Positions 9,501 through 19,699 of a stretch of DNA of 64,000 bases are shown here, one piece after another. A program made the translations under genes and the position numbers. Below the pieces are notes generated by a model. The model ran no database searches. It was not told the DNA's origin and saw nothing but the letters and a program-made list of their open reading frames with translations. Source of the stretch: Pseudomonadota bacterium (GTDB lineage Bacteria > Myxococcota_A > UBA796 > UBA9615); contig JAAESI010000340.1 of assembly GCA_024229515.1 (NCBI GenBank), positions 92,808 to 156,807 of the forward strand. Direction: 5' to 3'. Each line of letters starts with the position of its first letter. The stretch's first letter is position 1.

Positions 9501-11663
9501 GCCACCGCGAAGACGTCGGGGGCCCCGGCGGATCCGGCAAAGGCGCGAGCGATCGAGAGGTGCAGCCGACCTCGCACGTCCTCGTCGATGGTGGAGTAGG
9601 CAGCCTGCTGGACCCGGTCGTGGAGGAAGCGGTAGCTGGCGTTGAGGTCGGTCTCGCCGCCGGCGTCCCCCGCGAGGCGGTAGCCGTCGTCCAGGGGCAG
9701 GACGAGCCCGGCCTGGAGCGCCGGCCAGAGCCGGTCGGCGATGGACGAGGCGGTGCTGGCGTCGGCGGTCGCGAGGGTGCCGAGATCGAACCGTCCACCG
9801 ACGGCGGCGGCCAGCTGGAGCACCTCGACGCAGCCTGGCTCCAGCTCCCGCACCTTGCCGATCATCAGCTCGACCACGTTGTCGGTCAGCTCGCTGCCCG
9901 CGATGGCGTCCAGATCCCAGGTCCAGTAGCCCCGGGGGTCGTGTTCGAACAGGCCCGAGGCGTGGAGCTGATCAAGGAACTGATTCACGAAGAAGGGGTT
10001 GCCCGCGGTCTTGGACTGGATCAGCTCTGCCAGGGAGCGCGCCTCGTCCGCCGGGCGTCGGACCGTGTCCGCGGTCATGGCGACGAGGTCGTCCAGTTCG
10101 AGGCCCTGCAATTCGATGTCGCAGTCCTCGGCCATGTCCGCAGCGGCTCGTTTGGTGCGGATGTCGGCGCGCATGATCGCGACCGGGTGGGACGGCGGCA
10201 CCTCGTTGTCGCGGTAGCTCCCGATGAGGAGCAGCCAGCCGACCTGCGGGTCCGTGACGAGCCCTTCGAGCAGGTTCAGGGAGGGCTGGTCGGCCCACTG
10301 GAGGTCGTCCAGGAAGAGCACCAGGGGGTGGTCGGACGCGGCCAGGGCCCCGACGAAGCGGCCGAACAGCTCGCGGAACCGGAGGGCGGCGGCGTCTCCG
10401 CTCAGCTCGGGGGCGGGGGGCTGCTCGCCGATGATGAGTTCGACCCCGGGAAGCACGTCGGTGATGACGGAGCCGCTGTCGCCGAGGGCGGCGACGATCT
10501 TGGCCTTCCACTGGGCCACCCGATCGGGGCTCTCGCTGAGGAGCTGGTCGACCAGTCCCTCGAACGCCTGGATGAGCGAGGCGTAGGGGATGTTGCGGCT
10601 GTACTGGTCGAACTTGCCGTCGAGGCAAGTAGCCGCGCTCCTCGACGATGGGCTTGTGGACCTCCCGGATCAGGGCGGACTTGCCGATGCCGGAGTACCC
10701 GTAGACCCAGAGCGCCTCGGAGCGCCCACCGGCGGCCCGGCGGAACGCGTCCATCAGCTGGGCGATGGCCCCCTCCCGTCCGTAGAGGCGTTCGGAGACG
10801 GCGAGGCGGTCCGAGACGTCGTCGGTGCCCAACTCGAACGGCTCGGCCGTCTCGAGGCATCGCTTCAGGTCGGCGGCGATCCCCCGGGCCGTCTGGTACC
10901 GATCCTCGGGGCTCTTGGCGAGCAGCCGCATGACCACGTCGGACACGTTCCGGGGAAGGCTCGGATCGGCCTCGTGGGGCGGCACCGGAGTGCGCGCGAT
11001 GTGGCAGTGGACCAGCTCCAGGGCGTCGTCCGACGTGAGGGGGCGACGGCCCACGAGGAACTCGTAGAGCGTCGCGCCGAGGGAGTAGAAGTCGCTGCGG
11101 TGGTCGACCGCCCGATTCATGCGGCCGGTCTGCTCCGGCGAGCAGTACGCGAGCGTGCCTTCCAGGCGAGAGGGCCCCACTGCGCGCTTGCGCTCCGTCG
11201 CCAGCAACGAGCTGATGCCGAAGTCGATGATCGTGACGCTGGCGTCGGCCTCGTCCAGCAGCACGTTGCTGGGCTTGATGTCCTTGTGCACCACGCCGGC
11301 GCGGTGCACCTCGCCGATGGCGCGGGCGAGCTGGACGCCGATGCGAGTGGCTTGGGCCACCGTCTGGCGCTTGGCTTCCAAGACGTGGGAGAGCACTGCG
11401 CCGCCGGTGTCCTTGAACACGATGGCCGGGCGATCTTCGAACTCGGTCAGCTCGGCCGCCTGGACGATGCCGGCCGCATCCGCCAAGGCGAGGTGGCGGC
11501 AGAGGTCGTACTCGCAACGCAACCGGGCGCGCTGGCGGGCGGTGGGGTACTCGCCCCGGAGCGCCTTCAGGATGACCTGACCGCCCCCGTTTTCGGCGCG
11601 GTAGATGACGGTCTCGCGCCCCTCGGACAGACGTTCGATAATTCGGAAAACCAACGTACGCAT
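6575..11663 (-). pseudogene. Ser/Thr kinase - AAA/STAND ATPase - TPR-like - GAF - class III adenylate/guanylate cyclase, interrupted by a 1-nt frameshift near 10619-10628
   Basis: ORF 9972..11765 carries the kinase (HKDIKPSNVLL, DFG, SPEQ) and a P-loop (GYSGIGKSAL), then becomes Arg/Pro junk after ..EERGYL. The +1-shifted frame reads GKFDQYSRNIPYASLIQAFEGLVDQLLSESPDRVAQWKAK and joins ORF 6575..10519, which carries GAF and the cyclase (FSDIRSFT..KYIGDAVMA..NTASRLE). The span is 5089 nt, which is 3n+1. The start is ambiguous (11663 or 11711). Confidence 0.7.
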
Positions 11664-11754
11664 CTCCCCTGCATTGATCGATCTACCCCGGACCGAGGTG
11701 ACGAGCAACATGCCCGCTGGCCCCCTCCCCCACCCCCGGATAAGCTCCCCGGCC

Positions 11755-12519
11755 ATGACGCGCACCCTGCTCCTGACCCTGCTCCTTCTCCTCCCGCTCC
11801 TCGGCTGCGAGGGAAACGCCCTGTACGACGCCGAGCTGATGGACTCGCCCGAGGGCTACGAGGCGTTCCTCGCCAAGTACCCCGATTCGGCGGAGGCCTC
11901 CCGGCTGCGCACGCGGATCGACGAGCTGAGGTTCACGCGGGCCAAGGCCGAGAAGTCGAGCCAGGCGATGCGCGACTACCTGACGCATCACCCCGACGGC
12001 GCGTACGTGGACGAGGCGCGCAAGCTCGAGGACGAGATCGCCCACCGCGAGGCCGCTCACGAGCACACGCCGGAGGCGTACCGGGCCTACCTCGACAGCC
12101 ACCCCGACGGCGCCTTCGTGGAGGAGGCCCGCTTCGCCCACGATCAGCTGACGTACCTGCCGCAGATCGCGATCCAGGACATCCGCGTCGAGCCGATCAA
12201 CATGGCGCGCGACCCGAAGGGTCCGCTCAACGGCTGGGAGATCTTCGCCGAGGTCGTCAACGGCGGCGACCGCTCGCTCCGCACCGTGGAGATGGCGATC
12301 GACTACCTCAGCGCCACCGGCAACTCCGTCAAGAGCGACAAGTGGTGGGCCGTCGCGCCCGACCTGGGCGGCTTCCCGACCCCGCCGGAGATGAAGCCGA
12401 CCCTGCACCCCCAGGCGTCGCGCACGTTCCGCTGGAGCACCGCCGAGGTGCCCGACGGCGCTCAGGCGGCGAACTTCGGGCTGCGCGTCACCAAGGTGAC
12501 GTTCAAGCAGGACGACTAG
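11755..12519 (+). CDS. lipoprotein with three tandem helical (TPR/BamD-like) repeats
   Basis: The ATG at 11755 gives MTRTLLLTLLLLLPLLGC (lipobox). Three repeats are visible: EGYEAFLAKYPDSAEA, QAMRDYLTHHPDGAYVDEA and EAYRAYLDSHPDGAFVEEA. Confidence 0.65.
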   Translation: MTRTLLLTLLLLLPLLGCEGNALYDAELMDSPEGYEAFLAKYPDSAEASRLRTRIDELRFTRAKAEKSSQAMRDYLTHHPDGAYVDEARKLEDEIAHREAAHEHTPEAYRAYLDSHPDGAFVEEARFAHDQLTYLPQIAIQDIRVEPINMARDPKGPLNGWEIFAEVVNGGDRSLRTVEMAIDYLSATGNSVKSDKWWAVAPDLGGFPTPPEMKPTLHPQASRTFRWSTAEVPDGAQAANFGLRVTKVTFKQDD

Positions 12520-12968
12520 GGGCGCGATCCCGAGCTGGCCTCCAGCTCCTCCGACATCGGGAAGAACCGACCGCGCGAACTCGCCAGCAGGATCCCCTCC
12601 CGCCGGATCTCCGCCTCGATCACCCGGTACTTCGGGTGACTCTCGTCCGCCACCCAGGCCCGCACCGACAGCTCCTGCTCGGTCGGGCAGGCCGCCGCGT
12701 ACCGCACCGTCAGCTCTCCCGTGACCGCGACCACGTCGCGCAGGAAGAAGCTCACGGCGCAGCTGAACTCGTCCAGGATCATCGCCGCGGCCCCGCCGTG
12801 GAGCACCCCCTTGGCCCCCTGCCACGACGCATCCACCGTCGGCCAGCCGACGATGGCGTCGCCCTCTCGGTAGAACTCGAGGTGAAGACCGTGGGGATGA
12901 TCCTCGGCGCACCCGATGCAGTCCGGAAACGTGGGGTAGCGGAGGCGTTGATCTCGGCGCGGACGCAA
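12516..12968 (-). CDS. PaaI/4HBT-type hotdog thioesterase
   Basis: This is the 3' part of ORF 12516..13481. FPDCIGCAEDHPHGLHLEF..GVLHGGAAAMILDE is a hotdog signature. The only start codon downstream of the upstream stop (TAG 12980-12982) is TTG at 12968. Confidence 0.6.
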   Translation of the reverse strand: MRPRRDQRLRYPTFPDCIGCAEDHPHGLHLEFYREGDAIVGWPTVDASWQGAKGVLHGGAAAMILDEFSCAVSFFLRDVVAVTGELTVRYAAACPTEQELSVRAWVADESHPKYRVIEAEIRREGILLASSRGRFFPMSEELEASSGSRP

Positions 12969-12979
12969 CGGCGCTTCGG

Positions 12980-15067
<2,088 letters not shown>

Positions 15068-15099
15068 GAAGGCCTCCCAGTCCGCGAACGCTAGCAGGG

Positions 15100-15993
15100 C
15101 TACGGGGGGCCCGAAGCGTCCTTGGTGTGCTTCCAGCGAAAGGGGACCAGCAGTTGCTCCCACCAGCGCCGGGGGAAGTTCGGCATGTCGGCGATGCCGA
15201 TCGCCTCCGGGGGCTCCCGGTCGGCCGGCAGGAAGCGGGTGCCGAAGACGATGTCCCAGACGATCAGGTTCGCCCCGTAGTTGCTGTTGCTCTCGTCGAT
15301 CGTGCGCGAGTGATGCCAGCGGTGCAGCTCCGCCATGCTGAAGAACCAGTTCAACGGCCCGAGCTTCAGGTCGAGGTTGGCGTGCTGGAAGAGGCCGTGC
15401 ACGCCCGTGAACAGCAGGAACAGGGCGAGGGTCTCCTCGGGGATGCCCAGGAGCATCAGCGGGAGCCCCGCGAGGGTGTACTGCGCGGCGGTGTCCAGCG
15501 GATGGAAGCGGCCCGCGTTGAGCCAGTAGAGCCGCTCGGCGCTGTGGTGGATCGAGTGGAGCCGCCACAGCAGGTCCGTCTCGTGGGCCGCCCGGTGCAC
15601 GATGTACTGGCCCAGCTCGGCGACGACGAGGGCGAGCAGCACCTGCGCGGCGAGGGGCCACGCCGAGGGCCACAGGGGGAAGCCGACCGCTTCCGAGATC
15701 GAGGCTCCGACCGCGGTCAGCCCGCCCAGGAACAGCGCCTTCATGAGCTCGGGCGGGCCGGTCGTGCCGACGAAGGTGAGCACCAGGTCGGTGCCGAGGT
15801 CGTCCTTGGGTTCGTTCCAGGAGGCGTGCTTGGGCTGGATGCGCTCGAGCACGACGATGATCCCGACCGCCGCCACCGTCAGCAGCGCCACCGCCTGGCC
15901 CGGAGGCATGCGATGCACGAGCACCGCGCCGGCCGTGAGTGCGCCGCCGAAGACGACGGGGAACATGCCGTAGCGGAGGGCGGCTCGAAGCAC
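15100..15993 (-). CDS. fatty acid hydroxylase superfamily (sterol desaturase-like) di-iron membrane enzyme
   Basis: His boxes HRAAH, HSIHH and HRWHH lie in a polytopic hydrophobic protein. The track start at 16149 would translate through a perfect palindrome, so GTG 15993 or ATG 15966 is more plausible. Confidence 0.7.
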   Translation of the reverse strand: MLRAALRYGMFPVVFGGALTAGAVLVHRMPPGQAVALLTVAAVGIIVVLERIQPKHASWNEPKDDLGTDLVLTFVGTTGPPELMKALFLGGLTAVGASISEAVGFPLWPSAWPLAAQVLLALVVAELGQYIVHRAAHETDLLWRLHSIHHSAERLYWLNAGRFHPLDTAAQYTLAGLPLMLLGIPEETLALFLLFTGVHGLFQHANLDLKLGPLNWFFSMAELHRWHHSRTIDESNSNYGANLIVWDIVFGTRFLPADREPPEAIGIADMPNFPRRWWEQLLVPFRWKHTKDASGPP

Positions 15994-16056
15994 GCGTCCT
16001 TGTATCAGGCTGACGAGGACGACCCGGGACCTTTGAGGGATGGCCGCGGGGGTGCT

Positions 16057-16133
16057 CTGTTCAATTCTCACCACGGTCGCCCCTCCGTGCCCCTCCGTGG
16101 CTCTCCGTGTCCTCCGTGGTGAGAATTGAACAG
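16057..16133. repeat. 77-bp palindromic element: perfect 20-bp inverted repeat around a loop of tandem decamers
   Basis: CTGTTCAATTCTCACCACGG (16057-16076) is the exact reverse complement of CCGTGGTGAGAATTGAACAG (16114-16133). The interior holds four 10-bp repeats ending in CTCCGTG (16080-16119). Confidence 0.9.
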
Positions 16134-16151
16134 GACACGTCCCCGGCATCC

Positions 16152-17021
16152 CTACGCCCAGAAGTCATAGAAGTTGAACCAGTTCTCCGGATGCTCCCGC
16201 GCCAGCGCCTCCAGCCGGTCCGCGAACTGCTGCGCGTGCAGTCGCACCCCGGCGTCCCGGTCCTGTCGCGGGAGCTCCACCACCTCCCACAGCGGCTCCG
16301 CCTGCAGCCGGTAGCGGCTCGGCTCTTCGTAGGTACAGCTCACGAAGATCACCGGGCACTTCAACGCCGCGGCCAGCAGGTACGGACCGGCGGCGACCTC
16401 GGCGGGCCGTCCGAAGAAGTCGACGGTCACGGTCCGCCCCCCCGCGGCGCGGTCCGCCAGCAGCGCCACCCAGGCGCCGCCGTCGATGAGCCGCCGCAGC
16501 TTCAGGATGACCCCCGGGTCTCCCTCCTTGAGCTCCACCACCCGCTCCGCAACCTCCGGCGCGGCCCGCCGGAGCAGCCCCTGAATCCGGCGCGCGTGTT
16601 CGGTGTACATCGCCGGATGCACCGGCAGATCGTGGTCCCGACTGAACGCCCCCATCGCCTCGAAGCTGCCCAGGTGGGCGCCGATGAGGATGCCGCCGCC
16701 GCGGGACTCCACGTGCTCCCGCCCCACGTAGTCCAGGTCGAAGGCGTCCACCTCCCCCCGCACCAGCGCGAACCGGTCCAGCGCCACGGTGCCGAATCGG
16801 AAGAAGTGCCGGTACACGTCGCGCAGGCGCACCCGCTCCCGGTGCAGCGACAGCCACTGCCGCGACGCCCGCCGCGCGTCTCCCCCGAAGAGGACGAACC
16901 AGGCCATCACGAAGCGCAGGATCAGCCGCCCGCCCCGCCGCCCCAGCAGCCGCGTGGTGCGGTCCAGCAGCGTGATGCCGAAGCTCGAGCCCCGCTCCTG
17001 TTCGTGGTGCCAGTCGCTCAT
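16152..17021 (-). CDS. LpxL/HtrB-family lipid acyltransferase-like protein
   Basis: The ATG at 17021 forms an ATGA overlap with the upstream stop. The sequence MSDWHHEQERGSSFGI..ILIGAHLGSFEA..VALLADR..GPYLLAA has the layout of a lauroyl/myristoyl acyltransferase-type membrane protein. Confidence 0.65.
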   Translation of the reverse strand: MSDWHHEQERGSSFGITLLDRTTRLLGRRGGRLILRFVMAWFVLFGGDARRASRQWLSLHRERVRLRDVYRHFFRFGTVALDRFALVRGEVDAFDLDYVGREHVESRGGGILIGAHLGSFEAMGAFSRDHDLPVHPAMYTEHARRIQGLLRRAAPEVAERVVELKEGDPGVILKLRRLIDGGAWVALLADRAAGGRTVTVDFFGRPAEVAAGPYLLAAALKCPVIFVSCTYEEPSRYRLQAEPLWEVVELPRQDRDAGVRLHAQQFADRLEALAREHPENWFNFYDFWA

Positions 17022-17722
17022 CGGCCGGTCAGCCGCCACCACAGCGAGCGCAGGAACAGCCCGGTGTGCAGCCGGCTCAGCGCCCAGTTGCTGCGGAACG
17101 GGTGGAAGTGGGTCACGCCGCCCTCGAAGTAGGACACCTTGGTCGGCAGGTTCACCGTCGGCGTGCCCCGCCACACCAGGCGGACCGCCAGATCGGTGTC
17201 GAAGCCCATGCGGTACGCCCGGCACCCCACGGCGCGGGAGGCCTCAACGGGGTAGACCCGGAAGCCGTACAGCGGGTCCTGAATCACCCCCCGGCCCACC
17301 TCCAGGTTCACCCAGAAGACGCTGATCTTCCGGCCGATCACCCGGCGGCGGGGCGCGCTCGCGTCGAAGATCGGAACGCCGCACACGAGCGCATCCGGGG
17401 CGGACCTGGAGGCCTCCAGGAAGCGGGGCAGGTCGTCGATGTCGTGCTGGTCGTCGGCGTCCACCTGGACCGCGTGGGTGAAGCCCTGCTCGGAGGCCCG
17501 ATCAAACCCCGCCAACACCGCCGCGCCCTTGCCGTGGTTGGCCGACAGACGCACGACGTCGACCCCCTGCAGCGCGTCCACGGCGGCGGCCCCGGCCGGC
17601 CCGCTGCCGTCGTCCACCACGATGATGGCGTCCAGGTGCGCCTTCAGCCGCTCCACCACCCGCCCGATCGTGTCCGGATTCTCGTACGTCGGAACCACCG
17701 CGCAGGGTCGGAAGTCGCTCAC
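17018..17722 (-). CDS. family 2 glycosyltransferase
   Basis: GT-A motifs are AVVPTYENPDTIG..IIVVDDGS..NHGKGAAV..VQVDADDQH..YGFRVYP. The GTG start sits in a GTGA overlap with the upstream stop. Confidence 0.8.
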   Translation of the reverse strand: MSDFRPCAVVPTYENPDTIGRVVERLKAHLDAIIVVDDGSGPAGAAAVDALQGVDVVRLSANHGKGAAVLAGFDRASEQGFTHAVQVDADDQHDIDDLPRFLEASRSAPDALVCGVPIFDASAPRRRVIGRKISVFWVNLEVGRGVIQDPLYGFRVYPVEASRAVGCRAYRMGFDTDLAVRLVWRGTPTVNLPTKVSYFEGGVTHFHPFRSNWALSRLHTGLFLRSLWWRLTGR

Positions 17723-18462
17723 GACGACGCTGCCTTGGCGGCTTCGACCAGGCCGACGTACTGCTCCTTCAACGCCTTCGTCACGGCGCGGCTGTCGTCA
17801 TCCCCGGGGTGCACCGCGGGCAGGTACTCCAGGCTCAGGTGGAAGCGCCGATCCGGCACCTCCCACCACGGCTGGCCCTTCATCAGCGTCGGCGGATCGC
17901 AGCTCAGAAACACCGGCACCAGCGGCACGTCCGCCAGAATCGCCGCCTCCGCGGCTCCCCGCTTGAAGCGGTTCAGGGACCACGCCTTGGACCGCGTGCC
18001 TTCCGGGAAGACCAGCACGGGGAGGCCGTCGTTCAGCCGCTCCACGATGCCGTCCAGCACCGAGGGAGCGTCGGGGTCGTCCGGGTTCGGACCCTCGATG
18101 TGCCGTCCCCGCCGGAGCACCGGCCCCACGAACGGGCTGCGAAACAGCCGCCGGTGCACGACGCAGCAGAGGTTCGGGACCGTCGCGAGGAGGAAGACGA
18201 CGTCGATCAGCGTCGGGTGGTTGGCGACCAGCACGAACGCCCCCTCAGCCGGGAGCTCCTCGACCTCGCCGCCGACCGTGAACCGGCCGATCCCCATGAG
18301 CCACATGAACCGCAGGAACCAGCGAAACGAGCCCGCCATCACCCGCCGCGAGTCGATCCCCAGCAGCGCCGCGAACGGCAGCAGCAGGCGCACCACCACC
18401 CCGCCGATGCTGAACCCGAGGAAGCAGATCCCGGTCGCCAGGCTCCGCATCCATCGAGGCAT
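17719..18462 (-). CDS. PlsC-family (lysophospholipid) acyltransferase
   Basis: An internal ATG at 18462 gives MPRWMRS. The HX4D box is ANHPTLID and the second motif is VFPEGTRS. Confidence 0.8.
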   Translation of the reverse strand: MPRWMRSLATGICFLGFSIGGVVVRLLLPFAALLGIDSRRVMAGSFRWFLRFMWLMGIGRFTVGGEVEELPAEGAFVLVANHPTLIDVVFLLATVPNLCCVVHRRLFRSPFVGPVLRRGRHIEGPNPDDPDAPSVLDGIVERLNDGLPVLVFPEGTRSKAWSLNRFKRGAAEAAILADVPLVPVFLSCDPPTLMKGQPWWEVPDRRFHLSLEYLPAVHPGDDDSRAVTKALKEQYVGLVEAAKAASS

Positions 18463-19697
18463 CAGATCGTGTCGGGCCGGCGGTAGATCAGCGACGTGTT
18501 GATGCCGCCGAAGGCGAAGTTGTTGTTCATCACCAGCGCGGGCCGGGCCTCCCGCGGGGTCCCCGTCAGGTAGTCCAGCGGCGCACACTCGGGATCCGGG
18601 ACATCCAGCGTGCGCGTCGGGGGGAGGAAGCCGTCCCGCATCATCCCTAAGATGAAGGCTGACTCGATCGCCCCGCAGCTACCGAGGGTGTGGCCCGTGT
18701 AGGACTTGGTCGAGCTGATCGGGATGTCGCCCCCCATCACCTCGTAGGTGGCCCGGCTCTCCGCCCGGTCGCCGACCTCGGTGCCGGTGCCGTGGGCGTT
18801 GATGTAGCCGATCTGGTCGCGGTCCAACGCCGCGTCCTTCAGCGCGCGGATCATCGCCCCGGCCATGCCGCGGTCCGACGGCGAGGTCAGGTGCCCGCCG
18901 TCGCAGTTGGTGCCGTACCCGACGATCTCGGCGTAGATCTTCGCGCCCCGGGCCTTCGCCCCTTCCAGCGACTCCAACACCAGCGTGCCGGCGCCCTCGC
19001 CGACCACCATGCCGTCGCGATCGGCGTCGAACGGCCGCGGCGTGCGGGCCGGCTCGGCGTTGTACTTCACCGACGTCGCGAGCATCAGGTCGAAGACCCC
19101 CGCGACCGTGAAGTGCAGCTCCTCGGCGCCGCCGCAGATCATCACCTCTTCCATGCCGTAGGCGACCGCCTCGTAGCCCTGCCCGATCGACTGGCTGGCC
19201 GAGGTGCAGGCGCTGCAGATCGGCACCACCCGCCCGGTGATCCCGAAGAGCTGACCCAGGTTCGCGGCGCACGTGTGGGACATGAACTTGAGGTAGCTGC
19301 TGGCGAGCAGTCCGCTGAACGAATTGGTCGCGTAGAGCTTGCGGTAGTAGCTCTCCTCCGAGCTGCAGGAGCCGTCGGTGGAGCCGTACGACAGGCCCAC
19401 CTGGCCGCTGCGCACCAGCTCCTCGGGCAGGCCCGAGTCCTCGATCGCGGCCGCCGTGGCGAACGTCGCGTGGCGCGCCACCAACCCCATCGTGCGGAGC
19501 TGCTTGCGGGAGTAGTTGGCCAACGAATACGGAGCTGCGGGCGCACCCAGGCGGGTCTCGACGCCGCCGTGCTCAGCCCACTCGTCCATGACGCGGACGC
19601 CGGTGCGGCCCTCCGCGAGCGCGGTCGTGACGGTGTCCAGGTCGTTGCCCAGGGGGCTGGTCAGACCGACCCCCGTGATGACCACTCGCCGCTTCAT
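18462..19697 (-). CDS. beta-ketoacyl-ACP synthase (FabF/FabB-like)
   Basis: KRRVVITGVGLTSPLG, the active-site ICSACTSAS, the HGTGT motif and the C-terminal NNFAFGGINTSL are all present. ATG 19697 is preceded by GGAGG with a 6-nt spacer. An alternative GTG start at 19703 overlaps the upstream TGA. Confidence 0.85.
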   Translation of the reverse strand: MKRRVVITGVGLTSPLGNDLDTVTTALAEGRTGVRVMDEWAEHGGVETRLGAPAAPYSLANYSRKQLRTMGLVARHATFATAAAIEDSGLPEELVRSGQVGLSYGSTDGSCSSEESYYRKLYATNSFSGLLASSYLKFMSHTCAANLGQLFGITGRVVPICSACTSASQSIGQGYEAVAYGMEEVMICGGAEELHFTVAGVFDLMLATSVKYNAEPARTPRPFDADRDGMVVGEGAGTLVLESLEGAKARGAKIYAEIVGYGTNCDGGHLTSPSDRGMAGAMIRALKDAALDRDQIGYINAHGTGTEVGDRAESRATYEVMGGDIPISSTKSYTGHTLGSCGAIESAFILGMMRDGFLPPTRTLDVPDPECAPLDYLTGTPREARPALVMNNNFAFGGINTSLIYRRPDTI

Positions 19698-19699
19698 CC

